Source: Takakia lepidozioides
Lineage: Eukaryota > Plantae > Bryophyta
Assembly: GCA_030704615.1 (NCBI GenBank)
Contig: CM060734.1
Coordinates: 37,944,001 to 38,008,000 of the forward strand
DNA: 64,000 nt
Direction: 5' to 3'
In this document: piece by piece, positions 25,536 through 38,162 of the stretch
How the letters are laid out: each line of letters begins with the position of its first letter
How positions within the stretch are numbered: the first letter of the stretch is position 1
Translations under genes and position numbers: made by a program
Notes under the pieces: generated by a model
Seen by the model: the letters and a program-made list of their open reading frames with translations, nothing else
What the model was told of the DNA's origin: nothing
The model's database searches: none

Positions 25536-28500
25536 TCAGGCATAGGAGACCCCCGTCGCTTCTTCTCTGCCATCTGCATAGTCCTCTGCCATGTCAAAAG
25601 AGTTCGCTGAAGAATCAGTAGTATCAGAATCCTCATTGCCTCTCAGGTGTTTTAACGGCCAAACTTTTTGTGGAATCCTCTGGGGCATACAATGTGGTCC
25701 CACCATGTTTGGAAGTTTAAATTGTAAAACTTGTTGTAAGCGCTGAATTGCAAAATTGGTGAAGACCATGAACTCATTGTATGTCCACGTGAGTGGTGTA
25801 CCAATGACTTGTGAATTGTGCAAGTTTTTCCATGCCTCATGGCCCTTAAAGAAAATATCGTCAGGCCCGAATTTCTGTGTTGACAAATTGTTCCAGGCCG
25901 CATGAAACCATGAACGAAGTTGGGAGTCCTTTTGCATCATCACCTTTGCATTATAGAGGTACATATGAGATGGCACTGAAGGTAAGACCCAATGATCCCC
26001 ACTGGAATAACTCAGAAAGCGCGATTGCATCTTCTGCTGCTCAATGTGATAACGTGCAAGAGAACAAGCAGCATAGTATAACCCGCAGCCCATGACAATA
26101 CTTGCTACCTCATTGGTCTTGGTATAAATGTACCCATGTACAACTTGGAAGGCAATTAATTCCTTCAACATGGTACTTGCCTCATGCCAGTACCTCGCAA
26201 AGTGATGATCCTCAATGGGTCGATTGTTCGGAAGAACCTTAGTCTTAGTTGCCACTGGCAGCCAAATGCGCATGATCTGGTAGTAATGTGCCAACGACTG
26301 TGGAGGACTAAATTCCCTCCGAGCCAAATCCAACACAATGGGAATTTGGTTGAAGGGCATAATCATAGCCCGACTGTACTCCCGTGTAGCATGAGTTTTA
26401 GGTGGGTTAAAATCAGCATTCCCCCATACCTCAGGCTGTGGTGGCTGTGGTGTGGCTGTAGTAACAATAGAGTCAGCTACTGTCACAGTGCCTTGTTGTG
26501 GTCTTGGTGACACTGGCTCTTGTATCAGTGGCATCTCCTGCACCCCCTTCGAAGAAGACTGAAAAGTCAAAATTCTGGCATGTAAATAAGAAGCCACTAG
26601 CTGCTCCTCAGGTACAAAGACTCTCTTGTTGATATTTGAAGTGAGGTCCTCCACCTGAGTCTGCAGGCCGTCTACATCCTCCTGTAACTCCGCTATCCTA
26701 CTATAGAAATTGTCTATAGTAGTTGTGGCAATGTTCTGTACCTGCAGTCTGAGCTCATTCATCTCGCCTTGGGTGAGCTTCCGTGGTGCTTTGCCTTCCA
26801 CCGCCCCTTGTGCTAACCAGACCTGCATAAGGTGGTTATCCACCAAGTTGCTTGTGACACCCCTGAGAGTCTGCTCCTTTGTGAGCCTGTACACATCTAT
26901 CTGCTGCTGTAAAGCCTCCATGCGCTTCGCATGAGGTTCAACCAAACTCGCATATGCAGCAGCCAGATTATTGGCTTCCTTCCCAGCCTTGTTAGCCACA
27001 GAGAGTTCATTTTTATTGGACATGAGCGTTTGTTGCAATTCCAGGATGTACCTCTCTTGGTCAGCTTCAACCTGCCTGTATTGCTTGAAAGTATTCTCGT
27101 TGCAACAGATTGTATTCTTCATATCAATAATGAGTTTCGTCTACTCGAGATTATCAGCCTGTGCCTTCATACATCTTTCCGCTTGGTTGTTAACTTCTAA
27201 TGTAGTTTGCTCAAGCGTAGTTGTTAGTGTAGCACATTGTATGACCATCCTATCATGCACTATCTGCAACTCCGTATGTAGTGCATTCACTTCTTGCAAC
27301 TTGCTTTCATGCTTCACCTGCATTTGGTATAGATGTTGCTTATGTGCTTCGTGCAACTGGTCCTGCGCGAGGCCTGCTTCAATCAATTGTTCCTTGGCCA
27401 TTTGCAAAGCAGCTTTTGTACTCTCTAAGTCTTGCTGTATCTTGAGAGTGACCTCCTCATCGACCTTGTTTGCACACTCAGTGGCAAGTTGAGCCTCAAA
27501 CTCCTTCCTGAGTTCCTCCCTCAAAGCTGCCAATTGGGTAGTTGGAACATGGGATTTGACATAAGTGCCCAACAAATTAAGTGTCATGCTTATGGAACTC
27601 ATAAGCATGGCCTGTTGAGGGTCATCATGGTGAGCTTGCTGCTGTTCTCCCTGATCCTCAACAGTGTGATGCCTCACGAACCATTCAGGCCATTGCCCCA
27701 CCAGATTTTCTTCCTGAACCACCTCATCCGCTACAGGTGCTGCAGTGTCTTGACATTCTACCTGTGGTACCTCCGTCAGAGGTGTGGGTATTACAACAAC
27801 AGCAGGGTTTCCCCTGGACAACCGCTGCACCTCCAAAATCACTCTTTCCCTGACCAAACCAGAATTTTCATAGAGAAGGTCCCCCTTCTCAATTTCTGCC
27901 ACCACCTGTTCTGTAGTGGGGATATCTAACCATTCTTTCTCCAAATCAATTATTTGTGGTGGAACTGCATGGACAACTTGTGGTAACTCTGTGACAAGCC
28001 GATCATCTGGCTGTGATGGCTATGATACTGAAGTAACTTCCTCTTCCCTCTCTGAAGGCCCTGCTTCCAATAATAGCAGCTCTCTGTGCTGCTGTGCCCC
28101 TTCCTGCACAAGAGCTTGGGAAACATTATCATGCGGTTTTCGTGAAGCCAGTGGATCCGTCACTACAATCTTTCCCCGCCTCTGTCTTTTAGACTGGGGT
28201 TGCCCTGCCAGTCCACCCTCACTGTGCGAGGAGCCTGGCTCTTCCATTGCAGTGGTTTCGGCCTCAAACAGTCCCATCTCTTTCCTTTTTCTCGCATCAA
28301 GTATGCACGAGTCTAGAATAATTTGTGCAATGATTGGCCTAGACACTATGATAGGAGACTTTGCGGCAGTGCCTTGTAATCTCTTCATCTCCTCTACCAG
28401 TCCGTTGTACATTATGTCCGCCCAAACGACCTCTTCTCCTCTCAGGGCTTTGAGTATTTCCTCTGTGAAGGATCTGCTCAAATACTGTTGGTTCTGTTTC

Positions 28501-28720
28501 ATGGCAAAAAGAACGTTCAATACCTGGCCTACCTCCCTTAGCCCTGGGTACACGGCCTTGGTACAAGCATAACCCTGAGTTTTAAAGAAACTCCCTTCTT
28601 GGAATAAGTCCCCTATTTGCAGTCTTGCCCTGTGCTCCTCCACATGCACCCGACCTGATGGCAATTCAAACAATTGCTGTAGGTATAGGGGAGTAACTTC
28701 TAATTCAACTCCCTTCACCA
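25536..28720 (-). pseudogene. Large retrotransposon 3' accessory ORF (about 1060 codons): plant-transposon-protein-like N-terminus, long coiled coil, globular C-terminus
   Basis: ORFs 28020-32342, 27141-27944 and 25536-27122 share one frame, separated only by single TAG codons at 28020 and 27141. The VKGVELEVTPLYLQQLFELPSG pattern resembles Athila/Tat-type accessory proteins. Confidence 0.65.
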
Positions 28721-31700
28721 TTGTTGCTCCTGCCTGTACCGTCTCGGTAGGCAGAGAGACCGTCAAGGGAAGTGCACTCCGCACTCTACGTTGCTCAGCC
28801 ATAGCCAAGCTGACAATCCAGGTCAAGCAATTGAGATCCATTGCTTGCCCCAACACCTGACGACGTGATGCCTCAGAAAGAGAAGGCACCGCCGTGGTCC
28901 CAGTGGAAAACCCCATAGCCCGCTCTCGCTCGTCGGCATTAGGCTCCACTAACTGCTGCAACTGAGCATCCCACAGGAGGCCAGGTCCACCATCCCGAAA
29001 AGCATGGGATCCTGGGAAGCTGAGCAGTGTAGGTAATGCTGCTCGTGGTTGACCCACCCTGTTGACCACTGCCAAAGGCAAACGGTCATCGTGTCTCACA
29101 CGTTGAGACTGCCTTCCTGTGTCCAAAATGCCATCCACGGTGAGGTGTGCTGGCCGCTGCACCCCATCAAATGCACGCTTGAGCAGTGCGGGTGGCATCA
29201 AGTTAGTCCACCATAGTCGTGGACGATGAGCCCGTGACCCCACTGCAGCTGCATCCAGCAACACTGCTGACCCAAGCCACGACCGGACTTGATGCACACT
29301 GGCCATCACCCTGGCCCGAGAATCACCCATCAGTGGTACATTCTCCAAGATGTATGCTGGAGATACAGCTTGATGAAGCTGCAAGCAGCGCAAAATCCGC
29401 ACCATCTCCCAAAACAGACCCGTCCTCGAGTCTCGCAATCCATTGCCATGCCCGGCTGATGAATGCCCTTGGCAGGGCCAACCTGCCACTATCAGATCAA
29501 TGGAGCCAACCTGCTCCAAATCTTGCGTCCCCAACAAGGAAATGTCTGCTGGCAAGGCTTGTTGGTATCCACGAACTGCAGACACAGGCAACAAGTCAGG
29601 GTACTGCTGTACCAACTGAGCCACATGGCGCAGTGAGACGCGTCGTGCAGTCTCATCCCTCTCCACATACAGGTAACGCCTTACCCGCACACCTGCCTGT
29701 AGCACAGCAGCCAATCCGGTGCTGATCCCGCCAAACAAGTCCAGAAGACAAATGCCTTCATCCGGCCGCTGCCACACAAGAGGTGTGGTGTCCAATGGCG
29801 ACAACTGAGGTGGCCCTGGTGCAATCACCGCACTCTCCTCCTCTCCTGACGGTACAAAAGCTTCTTCCCAAGCTTGTTGCACCCGTCCATCAGCAGCTTG
29901 CTGCAAATCCTTGCTCGTACCCCACAACGGAGTGTGAGCAACCATGGCAGGCAACTCCGCCGTACCATGCATGTCATCCTGCTCTGCTGGAGGTGGCACA
30001 TCCTCTGCATGGGCATTGCCTTCCAGCAACTCTCCAGGCCAACTAACGGCAGCTGTGAAGGCGGCTAGTGTTGGCATCTTGCCCCGCTGGGCAGCTGCAA
30101 TACCCCCAATGAATGTCACAGGGAGCTGTGCACGGCGACCATCCCCTGACTGCCATCCAGGCCTGTAGGATGCTGACTCCTCCCAGAAATCCAGGGTGAA
30201 GCCCATGGGGTATAACACTGCCCCACCAACGAGGACATCGTAAGAGACCGCGTCTGTCACAATGGCCTTGGCTCGCATCACTGAGCCATCTACAGGATGA
30301 TCCGGCTGCAGTCTAATAGCCAACTGATGCCGTGTCATGCCGCGAGCCTGCTCTGATCCTCCCAGAGATGTCTGTATCTGGAAAGGACAAGGCTCCATAT
30401 CCGCCTCCATGAGGCCCAAACCTGCAATAGCAGCTCTGCCCAACATCAGTGGCTGAGCTCCTGAGTCCAACAAGACCCGCAGTGGCCGGTACTTCTTGCC
30501 TGCCGGTCCACTCAAAGTGAAAATGCCTCCCTGGTTGTCTAACAAGACAACTCCAGGTGTCACCATGGCGCGCTCAATGGCTGGCCTAGCTGGTAGCTCC
30601 GTCAACCTGGCAGCTGCAACTTGCCATGGCGCAGCCGTGGCAGTCTTGACCCTCAAATCCGAGGATCCCTCTGCCACTACACCTTCCACTAACTCCGTAG
30701 AAGATGAAGTGACCTCCCCACTCTCACAGAGTGTTGCTGCTAGTCTGAACACTGCAGCTGGTCTCACCCCCGGCGTCGCAATCATTGTTGCCGAGAACAG
30801 TGGGGCCTGACACACAGAGGTGGCTGCCCCCAATAACACACCGGCCGCACTAGCCTTGGCAGCAGGAGTCAATGCTGCACGTGTAGCTCTCCCCAATGGC
30901 ATAGTAACCTCCGCCTCGGTAACAGTCGGGCGAGAACTAGGTGCTTTGGATGGCGTCGACACAGTCTCCGCCAATGTGAATGACTGAGGAAGCCTTGCCT
31001 GACGGCTTGCCTCCCCACGCTGTGGATCCAATTCCACCTCTGCACCTCGTGGCTCAGGAACTCGTGCTGCTCCTCGAGTCACGGCTGCAACAGACTCCAC
31101 CTGCTCTAGTGGTAGTGCTGCTCCGCACATAAATCCCATGCCTCCCATATCTCCTCCCTCAGGAGCAGGAGGTGGACCATCCCGCCTGGGAGCCGGTACC
31201 GCCTGAGCTATAGCCATGGCAGCGAGCCTTTGCTCTAGCTGCTGAAGCCGGTTGGCCATGCCTTGATCAACGCCCTGACCTCCGCGTCCTTGGCCATGTT
31301 GAGCTTGCCCTTGGCCTGCACCTCGTGCCCGACCACCTCGTCCTCTCTGGGCTGGTCCACCTCGCCCCCGGCCACCATTGTTCCCTTGGAACTGGCCTGG
31401 GCGCAACTCAGGATGCAAGTCATAACACTGGGCATCTCCATGCCCATACTTGCCACAATGCCCACACTGCAACTGTGCAGGCTGTGCTTGTGCCGGCCTT
31501 CTGCCACTCTCTGGGCAATCTCTCTTGACATGGGGTCCTCCACATGTCCAACATATCACCCCTGGTTGCTGTTGGCCTGCAAAAGATGCCACGGGCCTCT
31601 GCACCTGAGGTCCCCTGTAAGCTCCATGGAACTTGGGCTGGGCAACCTTGCCCCCCTGACCACGCTGTTGGGCAGTCCCTTGTGCTTGTGGGCTGACAGC

Positions 31701-32707
31701 TGTGCCCCGTACAGGCATGTCCTTGCCAAATCCAATTGTAACAACTCGCTCCTCCACCATGTTGAGCTCAATCCGCTCAGCCAGCAGAAACACATCTGCT
31801 AATGTGGGTTGGGCCGCTTGTAACAGGGTTGCATCTCGCACCCTTCTCTTGAGCTCCTTGTCCAGAATTCCATACCAAAACTGGATTGCCTGAGCTTCAG
31901 TAACCCCTTGGGTCACACTTATCAAGCGCCTCATACGAGTGTACGCCTCTCGCAGGCTCTCACTGGGTTTGCGCTGGAAGTCTTGCAAACTTCGCAGCTT
32001 CTCTGTCCGTACACCTTGGTAGTTCCTCCGCAACTCCTGGAAGAACTCCACCACCGGGTTGAATCTAGGCACATGTGTTGTAGTTGTGGCAGGAGGAGTA
32101 GCAGCACCTTTTGAACTGGTACCACCTGTAGAAGTACCAGCACTACCTGCTCCACTACTAGTGCTGGCAGTGGGAGCTATTGGTACTGATGCAGCTACTG
32201 GTCGCGTCGTGCCTCGAGTAATGGAGACGTAGTCAGGTGACCAATACATCCTCCACTCCTCAATCTCTGCTTCATGTCCTCGCCTGAACTCGTGGTAATC
32301 GTCCATAGGCGGCCTTCCAAATGCTGGAACAGTCCCTTCCACGCCATGAATGGGGTGAATAGCTGTGGATTGCGCATCTGCTGCAAATCACACCAGCTGT
32401 CGAACTCCTGGATAAAGTCATCCAACTCGATTGTGCCCACAGCTCCAGAGTACCTACGAGGCCCCTTGGTAGCTCCATACATCTCCTCCATGTCGTCCCA
32501 CAACAATGGCGAATGAAAGTGCACACCTGTTGATGAAGCCTCCGAGTCTGTGTCTGACTCTACAGTAATTGAGGGTGGCGGTGAAGGTGGTCTGAACCGA
32601 ATACCTCGTCTTGTGAACCCACTCTCACTGTTACTGCCTGTAGCCGTACTCCCCTCACCACCCTTGGGTAACTCCGTAATGACACTCACAATGTGCACCT
32701 CCTCCAC
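28720..32707 (-). mobile_element. Gypsy-type Gag / aspartic protease / C5-cytosine DNA methyltransferase polyprotein (one frameshift near 32310; no RT, RNase H or integrase)
   Basis: Gag FQRKPSESLREAYTRM. Knuckles CWTCGGPHVKRDC and CGHCGKYGHGDAQC. Protease VLLDSGA (about 30460). DNMT motifs I LLDLFGGI, II YVE, IV AGWPCQG, VI LENV, VIII HRPRLWW, IX ERERAMGF, X VLGQAM (about 29757-28800). Confidence 0.93.
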
Positions 32708-33225
32708 GTGACACTATAAGGCTCTAGTACTAATCTAATAGTGACACGGGTGGGCACCTGTTGCAGTCTAAGGGTCATATCCCGATGGCTCAGGGCACCT
32801 GCACCTGCATCCACCGCAAGAACTCCTATGGTTGGCTGGTCATCAACCCAGCCTCACCATAGAAGAAACACTGGTGGTCTTGCTGGTCATCACTCCAGCC
32901 TCACCACCGACAGCATACTCTAGGATTGACCGGTGATCAAATCCGGCCTAATCCCTATGAAAGCAAGCGCCCACACAAAACCAACATGGCGCACAGTCAA
33001 GCATGCAGGTGTTGGGGGGATCCAAACACAAGAAATCAAAACATCAACACCCCCACACCAAAATCCAGCAGCAACGCTGATCCTGCAGAATATCCCAGCC
33101 CAAAACCCCGGACTGACTGGCCTCCACCAAGAGAGGCTTTGGCAACTACGAGTATAAGGTAATGAAAATAGTACAGAGATAGAGGGGAAGAATAGAAGCC
33201 CGCCCAAGCAAGATCTAATCCTGAT

Positions 33226-33975
33226 CTATGCTATCAACTTCCAGACTTCTCTCAAAGTGCCTCGCTCTGCTTGATGGTAAGGTGTAGGAGGTATATCTAT
33301 GTCCAGAAACCTGCCACTAACCTTGTCCCAAGCTACAGTAGCTCGCTCTAACCAACCCTCCTCCTCTTTCTGCCAGGTAGAGACAAAGCAACACTCTGTT
33401 ATCTCCCGCTCACTGAACACTAAAGAAAACAAAGGTAGGGTCTGATAGTCTCTCAACTCAAAAGCTTTGAGACGGTTGCGGGTGTCCTCATTGCGAATGA
33501 CTGCATCTCCTTCACGCACAACAAACATGTCATTGCTGATGAACCCCCGCTCGTGGTTGCCCTGTGCAGAGCGTATCCGGCTGCAACCATGTCTGATTGC
33601 ACAAACTTGTGTAGCTCCTGCTCCTCTACTCCAGTACACCACGGCCTTGTGGCTGAACACCTTGGTCCCCGGGGCTGTCTTTGGCTGCGTTCCAAGCCTA
33701 GCTTTCACCCACTTTGGTATTTCACCTACAGCTGCAGAACTGCTGGCTCCAACAGAGTTCTGACTGTCCAAGGCGATATTGAGGCCCTCAATGCCAACTA
33801 CAGCAGTCTGTTGTCTACTGCTAATGCCTGACTCCCAGTATGCAATCAACTCGTCCAACTGTTCTCCACTCAAATCAGTCTGAGTTCCTTGGGAAACATA
33901 AATCCTGTCCCCTTGTGTGCACAGGCTAAGAGAAGAGACCTGCCCTTCAATTACGTCCTCATTTCCCCCAGCCAT
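33226..33975 (-). CDS. Hypothetical 249-aa ORF upstream of gag in the DNMT element
   Basis: Intact ATG-to-stop frame, co-oriented with gag and about 520 bp upstream of it. No recognised domain. Confidence 0.55.
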   Translation of the reverse strand: MAGGNEDVIEGQVSSLSLCTQGDRIYVSQGTQTDLSGEQLDELIAYWESGISSRQQTAVVGIEGLNIALDSQNSVGASSSAAVGEIPKWVKARLGTQPKTAPGTKVFSHKAVVYWSRGAGATQVCAIRHGCSRIRSAQGNHERGFISNDMFVVREGDAVIRNEDTRNRLKAFELRDYQTLPLFSLVFSEREITECCFVSTWQKEEEGWLERATVAWDKVSGRFLDIDIPPTPYHQAERGTLREVWKLIA

Positions 33976-34812
33976 ACAAGGAGTACATCCACAGATTTGT
34001 CTCTAATATAGACCAGCACAGGTTCTAGAAACAGGATTGTGGATCTTTCATGGCACACTCACACTCTAAAAATTCCATAGATTTTTAGCAGAGTCCCAAA
34101 AACAGAAACTAGATAGATAGATAGGTAGGTTAGATAGGTAGATAGGTAGATTTCCCCTTTCTGCAGCTATCCCCTCAAAAACTGAGTCAAACGGAGCTCA
34201 TTTGACAAAGATATGACCAACCAGGCTCTTTAAACATTTAAATTAGATCAAAAAGGCTATTTTTTTTTTTTTTTTTTTAACACCAAAACGCTTTTGCCAT
34301 TACAACCTGTTCCCAAGTTATCTACGAGTTCCCGAGGTCGTTCCCCTCCAGGATTCTCCAGGCACCAAGAGCTCATTAATTCCAAAACTCGACCTCAGTT
34401 GGGTGGGGTATTACTTGCTTTTCTCTGCGCGTGGGCCTGCCTCCTCGAGCTTTCACGACGGCACGGCAGCAGCCATGTTTATGGCACGCAGGAAGATTCA
34501 GAAGCAGAAGGGGGCGATTCTTTCCAGTGAACCCTCGAGAGACGAGTCCCGTGTATCAGCAGGTGCTGGAGATGCTCGAGATCTAGAATTGCTGTGAAAT
34601 GGGCTTCCAGTGCTCGCCCTGCGAGGGCTTGGATTGCCTTGTGTGGATTGCCCTCTTCAGAACAGCTTGATGCAAGGCACTGTAAGCTGCTGATTCGCTA
34701 TCCAGTGATGGAAAGAGTGGTGTGGCTGGGGTGTCAATAGCCAGTCGTAGTCATTCTTGTCTATATCAGCATTGAGCAAGTCGCTCCCCACTCATTTTCG
34801 CTTGTGGAAAGG

Positions 34813-35139
34813 ATTGTGGAAGACGAGCGCGTTGCCATCAAAATGGCGGAGTTTGTTCGATTGAACACACTCGGTGTATCCCAGGATGCACAAGCCTGGG
34901 CAACCACCTTACTCCGGACACTCATGACTGGCTACGCGCAAGTGGCTGTCGAGTACGGGGGACTGATGGACGCGGCGAAGCAGCCCTTCTTCCATTATGG
35001 CCAGGCGGTGATGGAGGAGAGATGGAAGAAGCTGCGGCAGAAGTTGGAGGGCAGCACGCGCTTCGCTTTGCCTGATTATGACCCCTTACACTGTCCCTTC
35101 TTGGGAAAGATGTTTCGGCCCAACCCAGCTTTTGTATGG
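34813..35139 (+). pseudogene. Tryptophan aminotransferase-related (TAA1/TAR)/alliinase C-terminal fragment
   Basis: KMAEFVRLNTLGVSQDAQ...FFHYG..VMEERWKKLR...RFALP....C.FLGK..RPNPAFVW matches the Alliinase_C region. No other exons recognised. Confidence 0.75.
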
Positions 35140-37343
35140 CCGCGTTCAACCAGTTCTTCACCTCAGATACAAACCAGCTGCCCCCTGAGCCAGGTTGGCA
35201 CCAATTACAGACTAGGTTGCACACAAAAACATTGGAGGAGTGAACTTCGTTCCTTTTCTCAACTGTGCATCACCAGTCGCAATCCATAGCAACAGCCCTT
35301 TCATAAGGAACAGAGACACAAGTCCCCAAAGAGCACATGAAACCACATGCAGGTGAAGGTGATCTGCCTACAATTTGCTTGTCACAGCCTTGAGGCAACA
35401 GCCGCAACATACCCATTGGACGGAGCAGAAATGGTCTTGTGCATTTCAGAGCTTTCTTGGAGAACTCGTCTGACCATCCTTCTGCTACAATTGTGCATGT
35501 TGCTTGTACTAGATTATTGCAGAAGCTACCTGCAAGTGGACAGAGTGGCATTTAGCATTTGCAGCTGACCCCTACAACCTCGCAAGCATCTTGTCAAGAA
35601 AGCTGATGCATTCGGTAAAGCCACGTTGCGCTGTGAACTGCCTCCACAGCTAAGCCTCTACTCATTCAGTCTGGCAACGCCATTCTCTTCCCTGCAACAA
35701 AATCTTCTGCATCGTCCTCATCTCCTCATCGCAGAAGGGTGTGGCAGATGAGAACTCTCATGTCGCCACTGCTTAGGGCTGCTCCACGAACCTCAAAGCA
35801 GATTGATCAAGATTGCCCACACCAGTACAACCTGACGCAGGCCCTTCTGAAGATGTCGCAACAAACTACAAACTGACTCGCTCACAGCCTCAAAAACACG
35901 GTAGCGGCTGTCAGCTCCAAGATTGAGTCCCTAGCATAGCTTGAATGAGACGCATAGTTGTGGTTGAGAGCCTTGGACAGACGAAAAGACCCGTCTTCCC
36001 CAACAATGCAAGAGCCCACAGAGAAAATAGAAGAATGTGGGGATCTGCATATCTCTTGGACTCAGTACTCCACTAGATGACCCAAAAGACTGAGGACACA
36101 GTACGGTCGCCGTGCAAACCAGAAACAACGTCCGTGCTCAGTCCACTGCTCGTAGCAACAGCATTCCATTGCTTGCTGCATCAGTATTGACCCCTTGCAC
36201 ATCTAGCTTCCAGCGAGCCTTGGCTACTCTTTCAAACGTGATAGCGTTGCTCCTTCTGCTGGGCAGACTCATAGATTACCAAGTTATATTATAATAGTGC
36301 TAAAAAAAAAACATCATATCTAGCTTAACACTAGAAAACTAGATAGCTCATCTTTCTCGAGTGATAAACAAGCATAGAGACACTGTTGACACAAAACATA
36401 TGAAATCCATCGCTATCACTCTTTATAGTAGAAGTCGAGCCAGGGGCACCCCAAGCTATGGGGACTCCACCCCACAACAACCTACACTCCCATCATGAGT
36501 ACACTCAGATCTAAACGCATGCAGGAGCTCGGTCGCGCAGGCTCAACTCGAGAAAGATGAGCCGCGCGACTGCCGCTCTCGTGAAGATAAGACGGACCAG
36601 GTGTCAAACTAAACTTGACACCTGATTTAACACTTGACCTAAATCCAAGTGTTAAATACAAATAACTAGTTTTATTCTAGCTGTTTTCACACTGTGCTTA
36701 TTTAACTTGACAAACTACATCTTGAAATGAAAGTGCCACGAATGAGTCTCGCTCCATTTCGTTTAACACATCATTCAACAAAAACACAAAAATGCACTTG
36801 AATAGAAATAGAGACCAAAGATTCTTCTCCCATTACATGCAATTAGCTACAGATACCATGAAATATTTGAAACGATCTCAGTACAGTGCTACAAAGGCAA
36901 AGAAACTACATCTTCAAATGAAAGAGCGATGAGTCTCGCTCCATTTCCTGTGAGCAGTGTAGCATTAGTCTAATCCATCATTATACAAAAGCATGGAACT
37001 ACACTTTGAAAAGAAACATAGACGACTACCCCATTGCCTGCAGTTAGCTACATGTAACCTGGTCCATCATAAACAGACAAAGATCACTATAAAACTCGAG
37101 CTTCTCGAGCTCAAGAAGCTTCTGTAGAAGACATTGCGGCGCGACAGGAGAAGTTAGGGATTGAAGATTGATGTTTGCCGCAAAATCGATCGCTGGAAAA
37201 CTGGTTGGAAAATTGAAGATTTCTACTACGCAGTGGAACTGGCATGGGTTCGCCGGTTCCGCCAAGAATCCATGCACTCCCGAGCGCGGGGTTCTTGGGC
37301 AGAACCGGCTCACTCATGCCAATTCCACTGTACGGAATTCAGA

Positions 37344-37914
37344 GCCTCTCATTTTAGATTAATAGTGTCTTGAATGCACACGCTTGAGACCTGTGGGCCC
37401 CGCCAGGTCCAAACAAGGGGTGACCCCACCATGGCCAGGTCCACGCACTAGGGTCTACCGCTAAAGTCCCTAGGGTCTGCCGCTTCTTATCAGGGCACAA
37501 CCATAGAGGGTCTGCTGCCTTTATCCGGACTTAGAAATTTTTAGAGATTTTATGAGTTTTCCAAACTTCAAAAAAGATGCTTAGAAATATCTCGACGTAA
37601 CCATGCTATCGTTTGAAACCACGATCACCCCACTTAAAAGGGCATACTTAACCACCAGCACTTTCTCACCAGCATTCAAAAAAATTATTTGTTTATTCTA
37701 TATTTCGACATGGATTCGCGTATGCACCTAAGGAGAGGCCCTCCGGCAGGTGTGCGGGTCTGCCAAGTGGTGCATGAGGAGACCGTCCATGCTGCAGAAC
37801 ATCCCTGCAGACCCATGGGCCCAGTGGGGGTGGGGGTTACCCTCTCCTTTTTGCGGCCCCACCACTTGTGGGCCCGTTATGCACTCAAGACGCTATTAAT
37901 CTAAAATGACAGGC
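37344..37914. mobile_element. Mutator-like MITE
   Basis: About 35-bp TIRs (GCCTCTCATTTTAGATTAATAGTGTCTTGAATGCA and its inverse). 9-bp TSD GAATTCAGA/GAATTGAGA with one mismatch. Confidence 0.85.
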
Positions 37915-38162
37915 GAATTGAGATGGGCAGGGCTCAGTACATAGCATCCAACACTTATTAATTACAGACTACATAGCATCAAACACTTATTAATGGCAGA
38001 CTCCAAGTCTGTACTTGTACAGACTTCAAGGCGACCAAAGAAAGGTCAGGTCATCGATTCTCGTGACCACACCGCCACTTCCCAAGTTCGTGTGCCTTCG
38101 AGGGCCACCTGGCACACCCAGCCAGGTGGCAGGCGAGCCGCATGTACATAATGCTAATTGAT

